Source of the DNA: Eledone cirrhosa
Lineage: Eukaryota
Assembly (NCBI GenBank): GCA_964016885.1
Contig: OZ024742.1
Span: forward strand, 51,150,001-51,214,000
DNA length: 64,000 bases
Direction: 5' to 3'
Shown: piece after piece, positions 62,825 to 64,000 of the stretch
Position numbering within the stretch: position 1 is the stretch's first letter
How the letters are laid out: each line of letters begins with the position of its first letter
Notes under the pieces: model-generated
Seen by the model: the letters and a program-made list of their open reading frames with translations, nothing else
Told to the model about the DNA's origin: nothing
The model's database searches: none
Translations under genes and position numbers: made by a program

Positions 62825-64000
62825 CTTTCGGTCCCACAAAACCTTCTCTTTCGTGTGCAAACAGAGCAAAACAATAAATATATGTCTTCCTAATCAAGTT
62901 GCAGTTTTATGAGACCATTTCTAGCTGGAAACCATCAATTGTCGATGTATTACGTACAAAAATAGTCAATGTTTGAGCACTGACAACACATTGTCAGTTC
63001 GCCATTTTTGTTATCTTCTATACACTAGTAGACAGCTACAGACATCTACTGTACCCTCATCAGCATAAGATGATGAAACACTGGAACTCTTCGGTGTAAA
63101 AAGCCAGAAAATCGACCCATATTGAACAAGCAAATGCACATCGAGCCTGCTTTACAGCTACACTCGGCGAATGGCGCCCGCTGATTGGTCCAGCACATCA
63201 CGTGACCACGCCACCACAATGTAAACAGGTCGGCCAAACTCACTCTTCCGATGGGATAATCCACCACAAAATTAGGAAATTATGCCATATAGAGATGAAG
63301 CAAGACAAAATATATGTAAAGGGAAGCTAACCTGGACTCATTAAGTAGCATGAACCAGAGAATTGTGAGCTAAATCATTTGAATCATCCATAGATTGTTC
63401 CGAAACAGAGGTAGAACCTGACATTTGTGTTTCTAATCTTTACAGGCAATTTTCTCAAAATGGGTACTTCTCAAAATTTCAAAGCCCTTTCCAGAAAATC
63501 TACTCGATAGATTTGCTTGAAATTTTGAGGAGACCTTTCCTATAATAATAGCTTCATCATGACATTCTATTTTAATTCTGCCTTGAAAACATCTTATAGT
63601 CACTTTTATCCAAAAAATGTGATTTTTTTTCATTTTGTTTTTACTGCCCAGCACACTAATGACGATAACATTTTTTTTTCCAAAATATCAAAAAAAAGGC
63701 TTCTGTGTCCATACAAGGACTGATTTTCTGATCCTGTAAATGTAAAAATCATCTTCATAGATGATTTTCTCAAAAGAACTCTGAAAATTACGCTATTGTT
63801 CAACCTTTTTGGACTAGATGAAAAAGAAATATATCATTTGTCTCCATTTTAGAGGTAGATTCTACCATAAAAGTGAAAAAAAGATGCATGATATAATAAA
63901 TGCTTTTTCTTCGGGGGGGGGGGGGGGTCACGCCTTAAGACAAGTATTGACAAATATCCATTCATACGATCAATACTAATGACGAACGAAACAATAAAAG

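Noticed and set aside
63430-63940. Kolobok-like DNA transposon end (TTAA|GG on the minus strand)
   Set aside because: No matching second terminus or TSD was found.

Overview
This is AT-rich, microsatellite-dense eukaryotic DNA, most likely from an octopus or other cephalopod (inferred from a tRNA-derived Meta/MESC-type SINE; not verified). No intact host gene, structural RNA gene or CRISPR array is visible. The main feature is a ~33 kb stack (3.3-36.5 kb) of 13 retroelement copies, almost all separated by (TAA)n tracts. Seven R4/Dong-type RT+RLE copies all lie on + (families A and C). Three full-length two-ORF Tx1/L1-type APE elements and two SINEs all lie on -, and one short Tx1 3' fragment lies on +. 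One Tx1 copy (22937-28964) has both ORFs open. Three observations stand out. (i) The ~1 kb leader of the full-length R4/Dong elements resembles a captured Tx1 5'UTR plus an ORF1 relic, suggesting an inter-clade chimera. (ii) The Tx1 ORF1 stop lies inside a conserved G|GTAAGT splice donor, and two copies have a matching acceptor in the 3'UTR, so ORF2 may be a removable intron. (iii) ORF1 and ORF2 relationships among the three Tx1 copies are incongruent. The rest of the window holds older R4 and RTE relics, Helitron and hAT ends, hammerhead-ribozyme motifs, several fold-back palindromes and weak traces of decayed C-type-lectin-like coding sequence. Element names A-E and B0-B4 are my labels. All similarity statements are by-eye comparisons.
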